A stretch of 63,580 nt of DNA, filler included, from Octopus bimaculoides (lineage: Eukaryota), in the NCBI RefSeq assembly GCF_001194135.2. It is 4 parts of 4 records of this genome, joined end to end, with 100 filler letters (N's around TTAATTAATTAA, not from the genome) between each part and the next. Parts side by side here need not be neighbours in the genome. Positions count along the whole stretch, not along the records: positions 55,102 to 63,580 come from NC_068987.1; 3 more parts are not named here. One strand, 5' to 3'. The translations under genes and the position numbers were made by a program. Within the stretch, counting starts at the first letter, position 1. The number at the start of each line of letters is the position of its first letter. This document shows positions 61,360 to 63,580 of the stretch, in pieces. The notes under the pieces were generated by a model. It was not told the origin of the DNA. It was given only the letters and a program-made list of their open reading frames with translations, and searched no databases.

Positions 61360-62440
61360 CAACATGCGAGGGTTGTCCCGAAATTAACAGTGAACCTAAG
61401 TTCTTTTTCAACTGATCTCAGTCGTTCAAATTGCACGTGTTGATAGAATAAGTGTTTCTATCTACAAATACACTATTCAACATAGTCTCTATCTCAACTA
61501 ATGTACAGTAGGTGGGTGGGCGGGGAAACCACTGACAAAACCAATTCGCTGGTTGCCTGATTTGTTGCCAAATATATTTTGTGGCCGTGCGTTCTTATGG
61601 TGAATGGAGGTCATTTTCAGATTCTTCTTCTGTGTCTTCTCCCCCTTGTGATCTCTCTAAGCGTCTTGAGTTTCTCAGTTTATCATTCGCTATTCATGGT
61701 GCAGCCACTTTTCAGAACAGAGAGAATGGCACCTTTACCATCGTGAAAAACAAGTCACTTTTGGTGTCCATCATTTTATGACTTGGAGAAAAGGAGGTGA
61801 CACCATTCCATGGTCTGAGTATTTGTTTCCGGATCATTAATATACGGCCACGTGTTTTTCATTGGTTTCCTTCAAACTCTTCCTGAAGATCAAAGCAGAC
61901 TTCCAAATTTCTCTCATGCAAATCGATTGTCAACTGCCTAGATATCCACTTTGCACACATTTTCCCATACTCCAAACCTTCCACCAACATGCGAGGCCTG
62001 CCCCGAAACTTACAGTGAACTTAAGCTTCTTTTTTAACTGATCTCAGTTGTTCAAGTTGCTCATCTTGGTAGAATATGTCTTTCTCTCCACAAAGAAACT
62101 ATTCAACATATGTACAAAGGGCTCACGAAGTGTGATTACTCTGTTCACGCGAATCAAATCATCCCCCTGCCGGTGATTCGTGTTATTAGTCGTCCTTGAT
62201 TGCCTCAAACTGCGTGGTTTGTTTCCAGGGCTGGCATTCTCTTCCTTAAACTTCATCCATTTTGCACATTACCCATCCCAAAAGTGACATTTCCCTTAAC
62301 AACCTGTTGACGTCTGTGGATGTCGGACAGCCTACACCCCAAGTTTTCCTGCAAACTTCCATTTATGAAAAATCTCACTTGCTTAGTGAATATTTCTCTC
62401 AGTAATTTATTGTAGTTGTAATATATCTGTAATTTAAACA
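61360..62440 (-). mobile_element. Fragmented mariner remnants with a duplicated ~75-bp terminal-like block
   Basis: KFKEENASPGNKPRSLRQSRTT..DDLIRVNRVITLRE (mariner HTH) and GKMCAKWISRQLT; caacatgcgagg..cccgaaa..cagtgaac repeated near 61360 and 61985. Confidence 0.65.
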
Positions 62441-62877
62441 AACTTGAAGGTTTAGCATGCTAGAAATAGCATCGATTACATAGTTATTAGTGTAAGACTT
62501 ACAGCGTTCCAAACAGTCATACCAACAAAATCACTTCTTAATTTATTTTTTTTTCAACAGTAATACCAGTATATCAAAAAATTTTCATTTTATCAAAAAT
62601 AAGCCTGGAAGTTATACAGCTATTCTGTCTAATAGCATTCATTCATTCAATAAATAATTTCTTTACATTACGTGTATAGAATAAACTGTGGGTTTTGCAA
62701 ATAGTATATTTACACTTGAAATGAAAACATTGAAATGAATGTATATTAAATTATCAATAATGAAAATAGAGGCAAGAGAGAGTGAGGGACTGTTGCAAAT
62801 GAAAACGGAAAATTTCACCTGCAACGAATTAATATTGTTTATTAAAACTACTCTCCAGTGAATGCAACAAATTTTTT

Positions 62878-63050
62878 AATTTGTGAAAAACTTGTAGTTC
62901 AAATATGCAATAACCTTCAAAGATCGAAATTACAGGAAATTTCTTGGAACGTGAATTCATTAAAAAAATTTCCAGAAGGTCAAGCCTTTAATGATTCCTT
63001 TCTTTTAGTTATTGTTACATATTTAATCAATTAGCAGCTTTCTCTATTAT
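62878..63050 (+). repeat. Unclassified interspersed repeat (copy of 1518-1700)
   Basis: See 1518-1700. Confidence 0.7.
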
Positions 63051-63134
63051 AAGATAGGATACTATCATTATTATTACTACTGATATCATTGATATCATTA
63101 TTATTATTAGGCCGTGTGCCTATAGTAGAAACTA

Positions 63135-63176
<42 letters not shown>

Positions 63177-63186
63177 AATTATTATT

Positions 63187-63250
<64 letters not shown>
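63135..63250. repeat. (ATT)n(AAT)n inverted microsatellite
   Basis: An (ATT) tract is followed by its complementary (AAT) tract. Confidence 0.9.
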
Positions 63251-63580
63251 TCATTATAGACGGTAATCTTGCAATTATTCATATATCTGTGAAATTTGCT
63301 ACACACAGTCACAGTGGCACATATACGCATACATACGCACAGAGATTTACACGATTATACACTTTGATTATCATATACTGAAAGATGGGGAATATATACA
63401 TACATACATACATATATATACACACACACCTGAAAGAAAAGATAAGAAAATGGAGATAAGGAAGTTAATAAATGTTTATTCTTAACAAATTGGTCTTCTT
63501 CGCTTCTTACAGTATTTCCTTGGATGCAGCCATCCCTTCACGAGGTTACCATATCCTCTTATTAAATATATGAATATATA

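Overview
AT-rich, microsatellite-saturated animal genomic DNA with many N gaps. The SINE families and repeat load are most consistent with an octopus genome (inference). The window is stitched from at least four pieces joined by artificial 100-bp N44-TTAATTAATTAA-N44 linkers. I recognise no host protein-coding gene, and nearly all long ORFs in the track are microsatellite or N artefacts. The recognisable content is a four-copy tRNA-Arg(TCG) cluster (two intact-looking copies and two pseudogenes, one with a TCA opal anticodon) plus many transposon remnants: Penelope-like GIY-YIG and pseudo-LTR pieces with hammerhead-ribozyme motifs, R4/Dong-like, RTE and Tx1-like LINEs, several tRNA-SINE families, Tc1/mariner, a Tigger-like MITE, an internally deleted Merlin element and a hairpin MITE. 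The most unusual structure is at 59.4-60.8 kb. There, an LTR-like end with a tandemly duplicated tRNA-Trp primer-binding site continues into a near full-length, CCA-containing copy of tRNA-Trp.
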